From contig BAAIJX010000029.1 of NCBI GenBank assembly GCA_054600435.1, positions 1 to 64,000 on the forward strand: DNA of 64,000 bases. Reading direction: 5' to 3'. The notes below the pieces were generated by a model. That model was given only the letters and a program-made list of their open reading frames with translations. It had not been told where the DNA came from and did no database searches. Shown piece by piece: positions 48,770 through 60,150 of this stretch. Made by a program: the position numbers and the translations under genes. This DNA is from Neophaeotheca triangularis. Lineage: Eukaryota. The number at the start of each line of letters is the position of its first letter. Within the stretch, counting starts at the first letter, position 1.

Positions 48770-49812
48770 ATGTCAAACAGGCGGCATGAACCTAATACCA
48801 ACAGCGCACGCGATGAACGACGGCGCAACCAAAGACCGTTAGTCAATGCCTATGCTGCCATAAAGAACTCTCTTTGTTTACACACCTACAGACTCGAAAA
48901 TGGCCACTATGCGGACACCTCGCAGCGGTTCCCCGTCCAGCCCGACCCAAATGTCGACCCCACAGGAACATTCTTGGTCGGACTTGGAGGGGGCACTTCT
49001 CGCATACCTGAACACTGGCAAACAAGTTACAGCATCGCCACCTTCAATCAAGACCTATCAAATACACAGTCAGGAGGATGTTACTCCGGCGATTCTGCGA
49101 GGTCACTGGCGGGTCCCTACGCGCATGTTGGGTCACCATCCCAGAGTAAGAGCTCCCCGCGCTGCCTCGCAACCTTTTCCTTTGCTCATAACTTGCAGGA
49201 CTCGGGCCACTAGCAAATGCCCAGCTTGATGCTCCTCCATGGGTTCCTCCCCCTCAAGTACTGAGCTCCCCTCACATTCACCTAGGGTTACGTAGCCACC
49301 TTACTCAATCTCCAGGAGCAGCGGTCCATGATCGAACGGGCTTTCCATCCATCACCCATTCCGCGACTCATCCAGCATTCCCTCCAGATCCTCATCCAGA
49401 CTTGCCACCCGGTCAAGCATTGCCTGGTCAACACGCTCCCAATTCGAGCGTCCATCTCCCTGACTATTTCTCGCGACCGCCTCCGCGTCCGGATCTCACT
49501 AGCAGTTCGTCCGATAGACAAGGTACACACCGACACAGCACTGCCGGCATGTCCTCGCAAAGTTGGCTACCTCTGCAACCTCGTACACCCCAATCTCGTC
49601 GCACAAGTCAAAGGATGCATAATTGTGATTTGTGCGGTAGAAGCTTCACGAGGGCCGACGACGTCGACAGGCATAAGTCAACCCAGCATCCTGTTCCGGG
49701 GGCATTGGAATACCACTGTCTTGGATGCACATATACAAAACCGAGAAAAGACAAGATGCTCAAACACTGCAGAGATCGTCACGGGGATTCTACTCTGTAC
49801 ATTGAGTTCTAG
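48770..49812 (+). CDS. C2H2 zinc-finger protein, tandem paralog B, 2-3 exons (48770-48837, 48892-49145, 49199-49812)
   Basis: CDLCGRSFTRADDVDRHKSTQH-PVPGALEYHCLGCTYTKPRKDKMLKHCRDRH. GTAAGA..CAG intron at the same position as in paralog A. The first putative intron (54 nt) is in frame and stop-free, so it may be retained. Confidence 0.72.
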
Positions 49813-50307
49813 GCGTTGAATGGTGGACGACGTGTGGCGTCGGTGTACTTTGAAGGGTACCGGGGATCTCATTATCAATGGCGCAGATGGAAAAGGCAGG
49901 AGGTATGGGTCGCAGACTTTGTTTACACAATTACAAGGCTTTTTCGGTGACGAGATGGTATTATTTACGGCAGAGATCGCGTTCCAAGACTTTGCGATAC
50001 ACTCGTTTACCGTTGATCAATCCCTTCGATAGCTTTGAATTAGACGCGCAAGGTGTTACAAGATACCTACGAGATGCGAGAAGGAGCAAGACGTGAAGTC
50101 ACGTGGTATTTCCCGCACGGACTAGGTTTATGGCTTGGCAAATCCAAACACCAGGGCAGGTCGCGGTCGCGGGCTGCAGCCACGATATCGTAGAGGGACT
50201 CTTCGACCATAATCCAACCATTGTTCTCTATTCAAAACCGTTCAAACACACCCTTTCTTGATCTCTCACAACCTCGCCGACTGTGTTGTCCCGAAAAAGA
50301 CGCGAAA

Positions 50308-52921
50308 ATGGAGTCTGCGCGCAAGCGGAAGGCCAACGCGACGCCCTCCTCAGCCGAGGGGAGCGGCGCGAAGAAGTTGAAGTTGCTGGTGAGTCGTCGC
50401 ACATCCCCTTACACTTTCGCGTTGCTGTCGCAGTGGTGGCATACTGTCTCAGAGATAAGCTGCTGCTCGGCGGTTCAAACAATATGGGATGGTGGGGAGT
50501 GGTGGTGGTGTTGTCGTCGGCACGAGCGAGTGAAGTGAGAGGTGGTGGTGGATGCGAAGAGACGGAAGATGCTCGCTCACATCGCGTCAGAGCAAGAAGC
50601 ATTGGGCGCGGGCACTTCTCAAACCCAGTCTAGCAGCGACCTCCGTCCACCCCTCCAACATGCAGACCACCCGACAGCACTGCCATCACCACCACCCCAT
50701 CTCAGCCGAGTTGTTGATAGCGAGACGGGACAAATACTGACATGGCACCCTTTGCTGTAGAACACCAGAGACACTCCCTCTGCGCCTCGGAGGGAAGATG
50801 TCCAGCAGATCGGGCAGAAGCTCATGGCGCATCTGCGTCATTCCAAGGACAAGAAGTGAGTCCATCTGCTCATTCCCATGCGGCAGGCACCAAAAAGTTG
50901 GATCGAACCCAATACTGACAATGCTACACAGTGGCCGCCTCATCGCTACCCAATTCCTCACCCTTCCTCCCAAGGATGAACTACCCGACTACTACGAATT
51001 CACCAGAATGCCCCTAGCCCTCGACCAAATCGAAGCACGTGTCGACAACGACGAGTACCCAACCCTCACGCACTTGGAAAGCGATCTCAAACGTCTGGTT
51101 CAAAATGCAAAAGACTACAATGCACCCAAGAGCGAGATCTTCGAAGATGCTGAACGTCTACGCAAGGCAGTTTACAACTACATGAAGATTCACAACCCAG
51201 CTTACAAAGACCCTGAGTATGCGAGTTTCCCAACGCCCATACCGCCGCATCTTGAGCGCTCGAACGGTGTCAACGGGCACGCTGCTACAACTATCAAGCT
51301 GAAGGCTGCGGCTGCGTCGCCGGCTCCTGAACGTGGCTCTTCCCGCAGATCTGTCACCACACCGAGATTGTCAGAGGCTCCGGATAGGAAGTCTTCGGTT
51401 GCGCCAAGTACGACGAATGGTGATGGTGATGGTGATGTTGATGTTGGGGACGGTGGCAGTGATTTCACGGGAAAGACGTTCCAACAGGCTCAGGTCAAGT
51501 TGTTGACCGATCTCATCAATTACACAGAAGAGTAAGTGTCACCCATAGCCTTCACGGTTGAGAAAGTCCGCATGCTAATAGATACCGCAGCGACGTTCAA
51601 GTCTTCTGGCAATTTGTGAACTTGCCCCCTCGCAGTATCACGGACTACTACCACACTATCAAGCACCCCGTTTGCCTGAAGAAAGTCCAGAAGCGGGCTC
51701 GTGGTCAGCACGGTCGGGCAGCACCCACTGGCATCACCGATTTCAAGACCTGGGATGCTTTTGAGGACGAGGCGAGCTTCATATGGAGGAATGCGCAGAC
51801 TTACAACGAGGAAGGTAGCGACCTCTATACGCTCGCTGAAGAGTTCAAGGTGAGCCAAGGGAAGACATCATTCGCATGGAAGCCATATTCTAATACTTTG
51901 CCAGGAAATGTTTCTTGCCCGCCTTGCTATAGCCAAAGATCAGGTGGATGAGCCCTCTGGACCCAAACTCAAACTTACTACCAAGCCCAAGGTCACCCTC
52001 AATCTTTCCCAGCGCCGCAACTCTCCAACACCAGCGGCGAATCAAGCCACACCCGCACAACCCGCCGCCACTGGCCCTTCTAGCGTCACCGTAGACAGCG
52101 ACGCACTCGCCCGACAACGCGAAATGGTCCGAGCCGGGGTCGATGGTCGACAGACACCATCCACAGGGCCAGCAGCTATCACACCACGCCCACCAAGCTC
52201 ACAAACTGCAGCAACAACCAATGGCGTCCGTCCTCAAAGTAGCGCCGCTGGCTCACCCTCCAACGTCGTCAAGAACGAACGAACCACTACCCAGTCCCCA
52301 GCCCTAACCGCCGCCACTCCCGCCCAAACAAACGGCACGAGCATGCCACCACCTCCAACTACCGGCCAAACGAGTTACAGCCCTCACCCGAGCCAACAAC
52401 AGCCCTCTTATGCGCAAACACACGTAGCTCCAGCTCTCCCCCCACCAGCACCCGTCCGGCCCTACCCAGCCGCCAACTCCAACCTCCCACTCCTAACCCT
52501 GGCGACCCACCCGCACCTCCCCCTTCCGAAACCCTTCAGCCTCACCCTCCCACCCCATCCAACCCTCGCACAGCAATCCACAACTTTCACGCTGCCCAGC
52601 ACACACTATTTCCTCCAAATCTCGCCCACCGTCTCTCGCGATCTCTCAATGGGCGCCAGAGCTTACCGCGTCTTTGTCTCTCTCAACGGTTTGCGGCTGC
52701 AAGCTAGAGACACGGTCTTAGATCCCTTGGAGGGGAAGCGGAGACTGGTCTTTGAGTGTACGCTTAGACCTGGGGTAAACAGGGTGGAGGTCGAGGTTGT
52801 GGCTGTGGGTAGGGGAGGCAAGAATGTCGGTGGTGGCGAGGGCGGTGATGGTGAGGGCGGTGAAAGTGAGCCCGGGTTGGAGGTCGAGAAGGTTACTGTC
52901 TTTGTTGGGTTGGAGAAGTAG
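50308..52921 (+). CDS. Tandem-bromodomain chromatin-remodelling protein (Rsc4-like), 5 exons
   Basis: Two bromodomains (FLTLPPKDELPDYY...NAKDYN; FVNLPPRSITDYYHTIKHP...NAQTYNEEGS) and a C-terminal Ig-like segment (LRPGVNRVEVEVVA). Introns approx. 50389-50760, 50856-50931, 51532-51590, 51850-51904. Confidence 0.88.
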
Positions 52922-53383
52922 GCACTGAGATGAGGGATTTGTCGGGGTAGAAGGATGCTGCATTGGGAGATGAGGCTGGATTGAGGAATGAGATGGGTTC
53001 TGCGAAAGCGTGGGTTGGGACGGGGAGGGCTGGTCATGAGGGATGCGCGGTTTTTTACGTTCCATCTTAGTGATGCAATATGGCTCCGTGTAAGGCTGAA
53101 GTTCAAAGCAAGTTGAGCTGGCTACGAAGCCTATCGACACATGCCATAATCCTTATAAATGAACTTCGCATGATGCTCGTCCTTTTTCTTCGGGTCCGTC
53201 GTAATTTCCATTCTTCTCCGTTAACACTGCCCGTTTTCTCCCGCTCAAGTAGCCCCGGCACTACTACCCCGTATCTTGTGTCCTTATGATAACAACCAAA
53301 GCCCTCACCATCAAACCCCGTCAGCCCAATCGCAAACAACCATCACCATAACCTCCCTTCCTCGTCAACCCCTAATCAAAACC

Positions 53384-55054
53384 CTACAATTCCCCCAAAG
53401 CCCTCTCAACAAGCCTCCCATACCTCGCCCGCTCAAACCTGCCCCCAACCCAACCTCTCTCCCTCCCCTCCCGCTTCCGCCGCGCTTTCTCGTTCTCTTT
53501 CTGCAAGGGCGGGGTAAAGGACCAGAAACTCTTTGACTGCGGCAGAGGCGTCGGCGTGGACCTTGAGGTTTTTGTTGTCGTGGTGGTGATGGTGGCGGGC
53601 GGTTTTGCGCTTGTGCTTTGGTTGCGCACATCTCGCGCCAGTTGCGTTTTTAGGGTTTGGGACTTTAGGGCTTGCAGGGCGCGGAGGTGGGTTTGGAGTT
53701 GGATTTTTAGGGCGAGGGTGTGGGTTTTGATGTGAGCGGGGAGGGGTTCGGGAGGTTTGTTTTGGAGGAGAGAGGGAGATGGGGGCTGCTGGACTGCTGG
53801 TGGCGATGGGGTGGTTTGTGGTGGCGATGGGGTGGGTGCGCGTGCTGGCCCGGAGAGGTCGCGGTCGAGGAAGGAGCGGGCTGCGGAAGAGGGTGTTGGG
53901 GTTGAGAGGCTGGATGTTGGTGTCTGTGCCATCCGTGGGGAGGAGGGTGGCGGGGTTGTGGATAATGGGGAGATTGCTTTGGCGGGGGATGTGATTGGTG
54001 CATGTGCTTCTTCTGGCGAGAGTGGCGAGATTGGTGAGCTCGTTGTCGTTTCTTCTTCCTCCGAGGTCGTTGCCAATCTGTCGGTTTTGGCAGGCGTGGT
54101 GGGACTGCAGGATCGTATTATCGGTAATTCGGTCGAGCTTTGCGCGCGTTTCATGTAGGGTAGGCTTGGAAGATGGTATCTTTTCGGCGGCGAGCCCAGG
54201 CGGACTGGCTTGAGCAAGTTCTGCGTCCGTATTTTCGGGGGCGTTTTGTTTAGGGTGATGCGTGAGGCTTCGCGAGGAAGCTCGTTTGAAGTGCGGATGG
54301 ACATGTGCGATACTGCTCGGTCGAGCCTGGGCTTTGGTAGAAGAGAGATGCGGGAAGCTGTTTTCAGGCTGCTAGGCCCAATGACTGGGGGATTCTGTGT
54401 TCGATTGTGAGAAGGGGCGTTTGGCTCCGAGGCGGATTCGACATCGCTGTCGTCTTCGGATCCCATAGTTGTCGGCGTGCTGAGTTGCTTCCGGGTAGGA
54501 CTGGCTGGCGTTTCGGGAATCTGGTTGCTCACGGCTGAGAAGAAGCTGGTATCAAGTGCTGGAGTGTTGGTAAGACGCGCGAGTCGAGCTGATAGGTCAA
54601 TGATCGGCTCGGGACTAGCTTGGTCGGCGAAGGGGTCGTTCGAGATGTGGGAGTTGCCATTTGGGCCTGGCTGCTGGCGCTCGCGCCTCGGATTCTGAAC
54701 GTTGTGAATGGCTATTAAACTTTCCAAAGCCTTCAGATAGCACTCTTCAGCCTTTACGAGGGTGGGGACTTTGGCCTGAGAGAAGTTGTGCATCAAACGA
54801 GCCATATTGTCGTGAGAGAGGCCCGTGTAGAAGTGCACGAACGCCTCCTGAGCAGATTGTAGCGGGAGTTGATTGTTTTCCAGGTATGCGTGACAGTATT
54901 GGACGCATTGACGATAGTGCTTTTGCAGGAAGGCCGCCTTGATGCGGTGGAGAGCGAGGGGATAAGTGGGTGTTATTCGATGATTCCGCGATTGTACTGC
55001 TTGCGGTTCGGGCGCGTACGATGTCGACCTTGGGAGACCCTGTCGAGGTTCCAT
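53384..55054 (-). CDS. Hypothetical protein (helical TPR-like N-terminus, Pro/Ser/Thr-rich middle, basic C-terminal FWSF...GRERGW motif)
   Basis: 556-aa uninterrupted ORF with an ordered N-terminal helical region and a conserved-looking C-terminus; no function recognised. Confidence 0.75.
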   Translation of the reverse strand: MEPRQGLPRSTSYAPEPQAVQSRNHRITPTYPLALHRIKAAFLQKHYRQCVQYCHAYLENNQLPLQSAQEAFVHFYTGLSHDNMARLMHNFSQAKVPTLVKAEECYLKALESLIAIHNVQNPRRERQQPGPNGNSHISNDPFADQASPEPIIDLSARLARLTNTPALDTSFFSAVSNQIPETPASPTRKQLSTPTTMGSEDDSDVESASEPNAPSHNRTQNPPVIGPSSLKTASRISLLPKPRLDRAVSHMSIRTSNELPREASRITLNKTPPKIRTQNLLKPVRLGSPPKRYHLPSLPYMKRAQSSTELPIIRSCSPTTPAKTDRLATTSEEEETTTSSPISPLSPEEAHAPITSPAKAISPLSTTPPPSSPRMAQTPTSSLSTPTPSSAARSFLDRDLSGPARAPTPSPPQTTPSPPAVQQPPSPSLLQNKPPEPLPAHIKTHTLALKIQLQTHLRALQALKSQTLKTQLARDVRNQSTSAKPPATITTTTTKTSRSTPTPLPQSKSFWSFTPPLQKENEKARRKREGRERGWVGGRFERARYGRLVERALGEL

Positions 55055-55601
55055 CTTGGTGACCTGGTGGAAGCGGATGTAGGATGTGTAGTATTGATAT
55101 GTTGTGGCTGCGCAGAAAGGAGCTCAAGAGGCGACGGGAGAGAAGCCAAGAAAAGAGGGATCAATGGGAGCGTGAGTGAAGTGAGGTGAGGCGAGGTGAG
55201 GTGAGGTGAGGTCAGGATACGAGACGGGAAGCATCGTGTCAGGTCTTAGACTTGGAAGGCAAGTACTACTATTCGCCTGCGATCTTATGGGAACAACTCC
55301 GGCATCTACGTTACCTACCGTATCACGAGTTGGTGTACACACACCCTACATCAGCGTGACCACGACAATCTCATCAGTCTACCAACCTATCCCGCTGTCA
55401 CCGAGTTCTACCACATGCAATGGTCGATAGTGCAAGCAGTCTTGCTTGCCACCGATACCACAGCAGCCATGTCTGACCGGCGCGAGTCTTTTGATGGTAC
55501 CGGCCTCCTTCTCGAAGCGGAGCCCTCCTTTCATGGGTGGTCTTGAATTCGGAACGAACATGCGTGTTCCCCATAGAAGGGCATGGAATGACTGTGAGCT
55601 C

Positions 55602-56087
55602 TCAAAACCTCCTACCAAAAGCAAGTGCCACCCATCCACCGATCAAGCACATACCCTAATAGTAGCCATGTCAGTCTCGTGCGCCTTTCATCTCAGACTG
55701 CCCGAAAATGACACTCACCCCAAGCGGCGTCACCGGTCCAAGTGGCTTAAAAGTCTGCGGATCAAGGACGAGCAGGTAAATGGAGCCAGAGAACATGGTG
55801 ATGCCGGCCGTGAACAAGGACTTGGCGATTACATTCTTTGGTGCGGCCACTTCGGCGGTCAAGAGGGCGATGGAATGGATGAGCTACGACCACAACGTAT
55901 CAGTAACACCTCCAGCATGGCGACCGTGACGACTTAAACTACGGACCTGATAGTTTGCGGCTGTCGACCAGCTGCTGATCTTGGAAGGATCGCTGATGCG
56001 GTTCTTGAGGCCATGTGCTCCGAAAGCGCCCAATGCGACCGATGAAGCGCTCGAAAGGGTGGCGATGGACCACCAAATTGGGGGCAT
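55602..56087 (-). CDS. DUF423/TMEM256 family small membrane protein, 3 exons (56087-55947, 55883-55719, 55655-55602)
   Basis: ALGAFGAHGLK, WSTAANYQ/LIHSIAL, MFSGSIYLL and GPVTPLG/GMCLIGGW motifs, assembled through two GT-AG introns. Confidence 0.9.
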
Positions 56088-57150
56088 CTTGAATGCGAGG
56101 ATTGGTTGAGAATACGTTTGACACCGGCTGGGGATACGTCTAAGGCTCTACCTACCTAGGTACCGTATCCCTCATCTTGATCATGGAGGTTAGAGTGAAG
56201 GCCTGTGCACGGATGCCTCAGGCTGCACGCCGCCGTCAATATGCTGCCGAGACTTCGCTATCTCGATACTCAGATACAGTGAGTGCAGTGGACAAAAAAA
56301 GCAGCGCTGCGCTTTCGGAAGCAACCAAACAGGTGTTAACTTAGTAGCCCCATTCCCAGTGGCGAAGAGCTGTGCAGCATGCTTGTTCCACGGCCCAGGT
56401 CTTTCAAGGTTCCCATGACTCCCATGACACCGAGATCATTGCAGAATCGGTCGCTCCCAACTTCACTCGGCCAAGGCCCATTCATCGCATGACGAACTAT
56501 AAGCTGGAACTCAATCGCAAGGATGTTGTCTCAGAAGGCAATGGTTAAAGTTATCGTGGCAAAATCTATCGCAGCCACAGATTTGAGTGCCTGCAGCTTG
56601 GGTGCCATGGAACTTCAGAGCCTCGCCTGTTCCAATCCGTAGTGCCTTTGCAATTCAGAAGACTCGTGGCGGACCAGTGGATGCAGTGTGCGGTTGCATC
56701 AGAACAGCGAAAGGGTGTCTGGAAACGCAGACCTTCCATCTATGTCCTGACGAGATCTTACACGACGGGTCCATGCAAATGGTGCAATGTTTACATTCAC
56801 AAGCATGAAATGGCAGTATTCACTCCGCCAGGGATGTCCCGCTTGGAAAAGCGGTTCACTTGGAACCTTTCAGACCAATGGTTTCGTAGCGCATCGAACG
56901 GTACGAGTATTCCTATCCGAAAACGCTTTCGTCCAGCCCAGCGCCGGCCACAATTTCACGCCGTCTCCTGCTCGGTGATCGCGCCCGGCCTACGCTACTT
57001 TCCCGACCGTATCTAAATCTCCCTCGGTTCTCCAAAGAGAACAGTGACCACAGGGCCCGGGCCTGTGCAGCCCTCTCAATAACCCGGCTAATCCAATCAC
57101 CTGAACGCCTGCCCCGTCATTCTTCGGCATCGCCTAGTTTGCGGCTGGTA

Positions 57151-57462
57151 TCACTCTGAAGGCAAGACACCCCACGGTCGCCCCCGCCTGTCAAGCCTCC
57201 TGGCAATGCTTTCCAACATCCGACTCGTCTCAGCCAGTGCGCGGTTATCTTCGGCAGATAGGCGCTCCGCTTCATGCAATCGTTGCGCTAGACTCTCCAA
57301 CCGCTCTATCATCGATCCGACCATTGGATCTAGGGGATTTCCCTCGCCCGGGACCTGACTGCGTCGGCCGATTGCGCATCGCTGTCGGTCCTGGCCATTG
57401 TCTTGGATTTCGCCGAGGATTTTGCGCTGCTTATGCGTTTGCTCGGGTGTTTGTTGCGACAT
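57151..57462 (-). CDS. Small hypothetical protein with coiled-coil-like C-terminal half
   Basis: 103-aa ORF from ATG 57462 with a heptad-like IERLESLAQRLHEAERL...MLESIARRL segment; no family recognised. Confidence 0.35.
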   Translation of the reverse strand: MSQQTPEQTHKQRKILGEIQDNGQDRQRCAIGRRSQVPGEGNPLDPMVGSMIERLESLAQRLHEAERLSAEDNRALAETSRMLESIARRLDRRGRPWGVLPSE

Positions 57463-58146
57463 GATGTGTCTCGCGGGTTGGTCCCTTGGGAGAAGCTTGG
57501 ATTGAGCTGCGGTGTAAATTGTCAAGTCAAGTTTTAGCAGTGTTGGAACTTGCCGAAGTCTATTGAGCGACATTTTCGAAGTGTTTACTGATGCTAAAGG
57601 GATAGATGTAGATATACTTGCACCATAAAGTGGCAATGCGCAAAACCCACCCAATGTCCTCTCAATTTAGTAGTTAACATCTCGCCTCAGTCTATTCGTT
57701 AACGCACGAGTCACTCGACAGTTGATCATAAGAAGTCTACTTGTGAACACTTTGAAATCCAAATGCCATGTCCGACCGTTCGATGCCTCAGTAAAAAAAA
57801 AAAAAAAAACAGGTCGCTGGTCTTTAGGAAAGCCGTCCGTGTCGTCTTGATAGGCTCGTCCTGTCCTCGAGCTAAATGTACGTTCGAAGCCGAACGCTCT
57901 GTTGTCCTCTCCAGGTCTTGGCGACGAAACTTCGACATTTTGCTCCGAAGCAAATGCTCGTCTATACAATCCCAATTCCATGAAAGATCGCATTGTCGAG
58001 ACGTTCCATTTGAAAGCGTAACGCGATCATTGCGATGAAGGATTGTCCGCACACTGTGCTTTCTCGAATTCATTTCGCACAAGATCCCGTCTCGAACAGT
58101 CATTGTTCCCCTCGTACACTCGACCAAAGAAAGAAACACTCTCAAG

Positions 58147-58635
58147 ATGTCCCACTCTTTCACAATTAGGCATGCCTCAAGTCTCGAAGATGTAACAGAC
58201 GCGACGAGACTCTTCGAAACCTACGCCGAATCCATCGGCATCGACCTCAGCTTCCAAGACTTCGCCACGGAAATGTCAAGCATGCCCGGCAAATACGCTC
58301 CACCCACCGGAGCCTTGCTGCTCGCGCGCAACGCCACGGGAGCAGCCATTGGATGCGTGGGTCTCCGACCCCTGGGCGACGGGTACTGCGAGATGAAGCG
58401 CTTGTACGTTGCGCCCGAGGGCCGGGGGCTGGGTCTTGGTGGCGCTCTTGCCGGAGGCGTTGTGGATGAGGCTCGGAGGTTGGGCTACAGGGCTATGAGG
58501 CTTGATACTCTGCCGCATATGGAGCCGGCTAGGGCTTCGTATAGGCGGCTGGGTTTCAAGGAGGTCGGAGCGTATTATGAGACGCCTCTCGAGGGGACGA
58601 TTTTCATGGAGCTGGATCTGAGGGTCGAGAATTGA
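58147..58635 (+). CDS. GNAT-family N-acetyltransferase
   Basis: IGCVGLRPL, CEMKRLYVAPEGRGLGLG (motif A), MRLDTL and YRRLGF; intronless, 162 aa. Confidence 0.92.
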   Translation: MSHSFTIRHASSLEDVTDATRLFETYAESIGIDLSFQDFATEMSSMPGKYAPPTGALLLARNATGAAIGCVGLRPLGDGYCEMKRLYVAPEGRGLGLGGALAGGVVDEARRLGYRAMRLDTLPHMEPARASYRRLGFKEVGAYYETPLEGTIFMELDLRVEN

Positions 58636-59176
58636 GGAGACCCAGTCATTCCAAGGGGCAGGCACTTGGAGATGGGTCAGGGGCATCTGTGTCTGGAGCA
58701 GATCTCCGTAGATTTCTCTACCGGCGCAGACCGGGTGCAGCGTACTCTCGCTACGAAACTGCTTGACGAGGGACTCTAGTGGTTCTCCAGCTATTTCTCA
58801 GCGGGACTTCGCCTTTGAAAAGCCATCTCCAGAAATCTGACAGAGCTACCTGCAAGCTTTCGAAATATGAGCGAAAGGGGGTGCTGCATGCGTTGGTATA
58901 CTCGCTACGCTCACCCGGGACGGGCAGAGCTTGCAAGAAAGGTTTCATCTTTTGAGGTTCGTTGAGCAAGCAAGGCATTACTCTTGCCAGAAAACGCAAC
59001 TCGCGGCAATCTTTATCGTGGAAATTCTTGGAATCACTACGAAGCAGAAAATTGTCGCAAGAGCTATACTGGGCTGGTATCTACGGTGCCCCAACTTCTT
59101 CCGCCGAACTTCCACGCCGCGAGAGCAGCGTCTACTCAATACTTTGAGCACATGCTCGATAAGTATGAGTATCTAC

Positions 59177-60150
59177 TCAATTAGTCTGATCACCATCCCT
59201 CGATCCGGCGGGGTCCTCGATTCTGTGAAGATGTTAGCTATTGTTCCAGGCGAATTCATTCAAGGAGGTTCAACTTACGTGATGACCTTAGCGCCGGTCT
59301 TACCGCTCGCACTCGTCGACGCACCCACCACGTCAATTTGCTGCTGCTGCTGCTGCACGTCACCGGGAGTCTCGTTCTTGGCCGCCACCGCCGCTTTCTT
59401 CGGCTCCTCTTTCTTTGGCACCACCATTACCGTGTTGCCCATGTCCGGGGTCCAGTAGCAATATAGCTTGCTGGTAGTGCCCTCCAGATCCGGATCGGTA
59501 GTGTGGTCGTGCCTGAAGATACGGACCTTGGTGACGAAGGGCAAGCCAATCAGCCACTGGAAGCGGCGCAGCATGATGCCTTCGCAGGGGATGGGCTTCT
59601 CGCACCCAGCCTCCACCTCCGCGTAGCACATGAAGACGTCGATGGCGAAGTTGTCGAGAGACGGGAGCTGGTGGAGAAGAGAGTAAATCCAGTGGAGGTG
59701 GCGGATGGTCTCATACTCGGCGCCACACTGGCGGCTGGTGACGTGAATAGCCTTGTTGCAGAAGACGATGAGTTTGAGGTGAATCTTGCGGAGCTGATTG
59801 ATGTACGGCAAGGTTGGGAGTACCGGGTTGCGGAACTCGAAGTCTTCGTGGTCGCGGATTACAAGCGTTGCGCCCCATTTGAGCATCTGGCGGTACTCCT
59901 CGCTGACATCCCTGCTGGTCTGGAGCAGGGCCGTGTTCATGCTGTTCTCGAGTTTACCGTAAATGTCGTGGGGGCTGGTTCCCATCTTCACCTCGCGCGT
60001 ATCCTCACCGCAAGCCTCCCACACGGCATCGCGCATCTCACGCGGCATCTTGTCGAGGAAGCCTTGCAAGAACCCACCCTTGTCGACGGGCATCTCACGC
60101 CCGGCGCGCGTGCGCTTGAATATCTTGAAGATTGGCATCGCATCAGCCAT
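59177..60150 (-). CDS. Hypothetical protein, possible F-box-like N-terminus, 2 exons (60150-59279, 59222-59177)
   Basis: GC-rich coding-like ORF; FLDKMPREMRDAVWE resembles an F-box start. The apparent TAA lies inside a GTAAGT donor that has a GCTAAC branch point and CAG acceptor, so a 15-codon terminal exon is added. Confidence 0.7.

Noticed and set aside
55170..55212. (GTGAG)n repeat upstream of the hypothetical gene
   Set aside because: Short pentamer microsatellite; a similar run occurs near 10200-10235, so it looks like a common UTR feature here.
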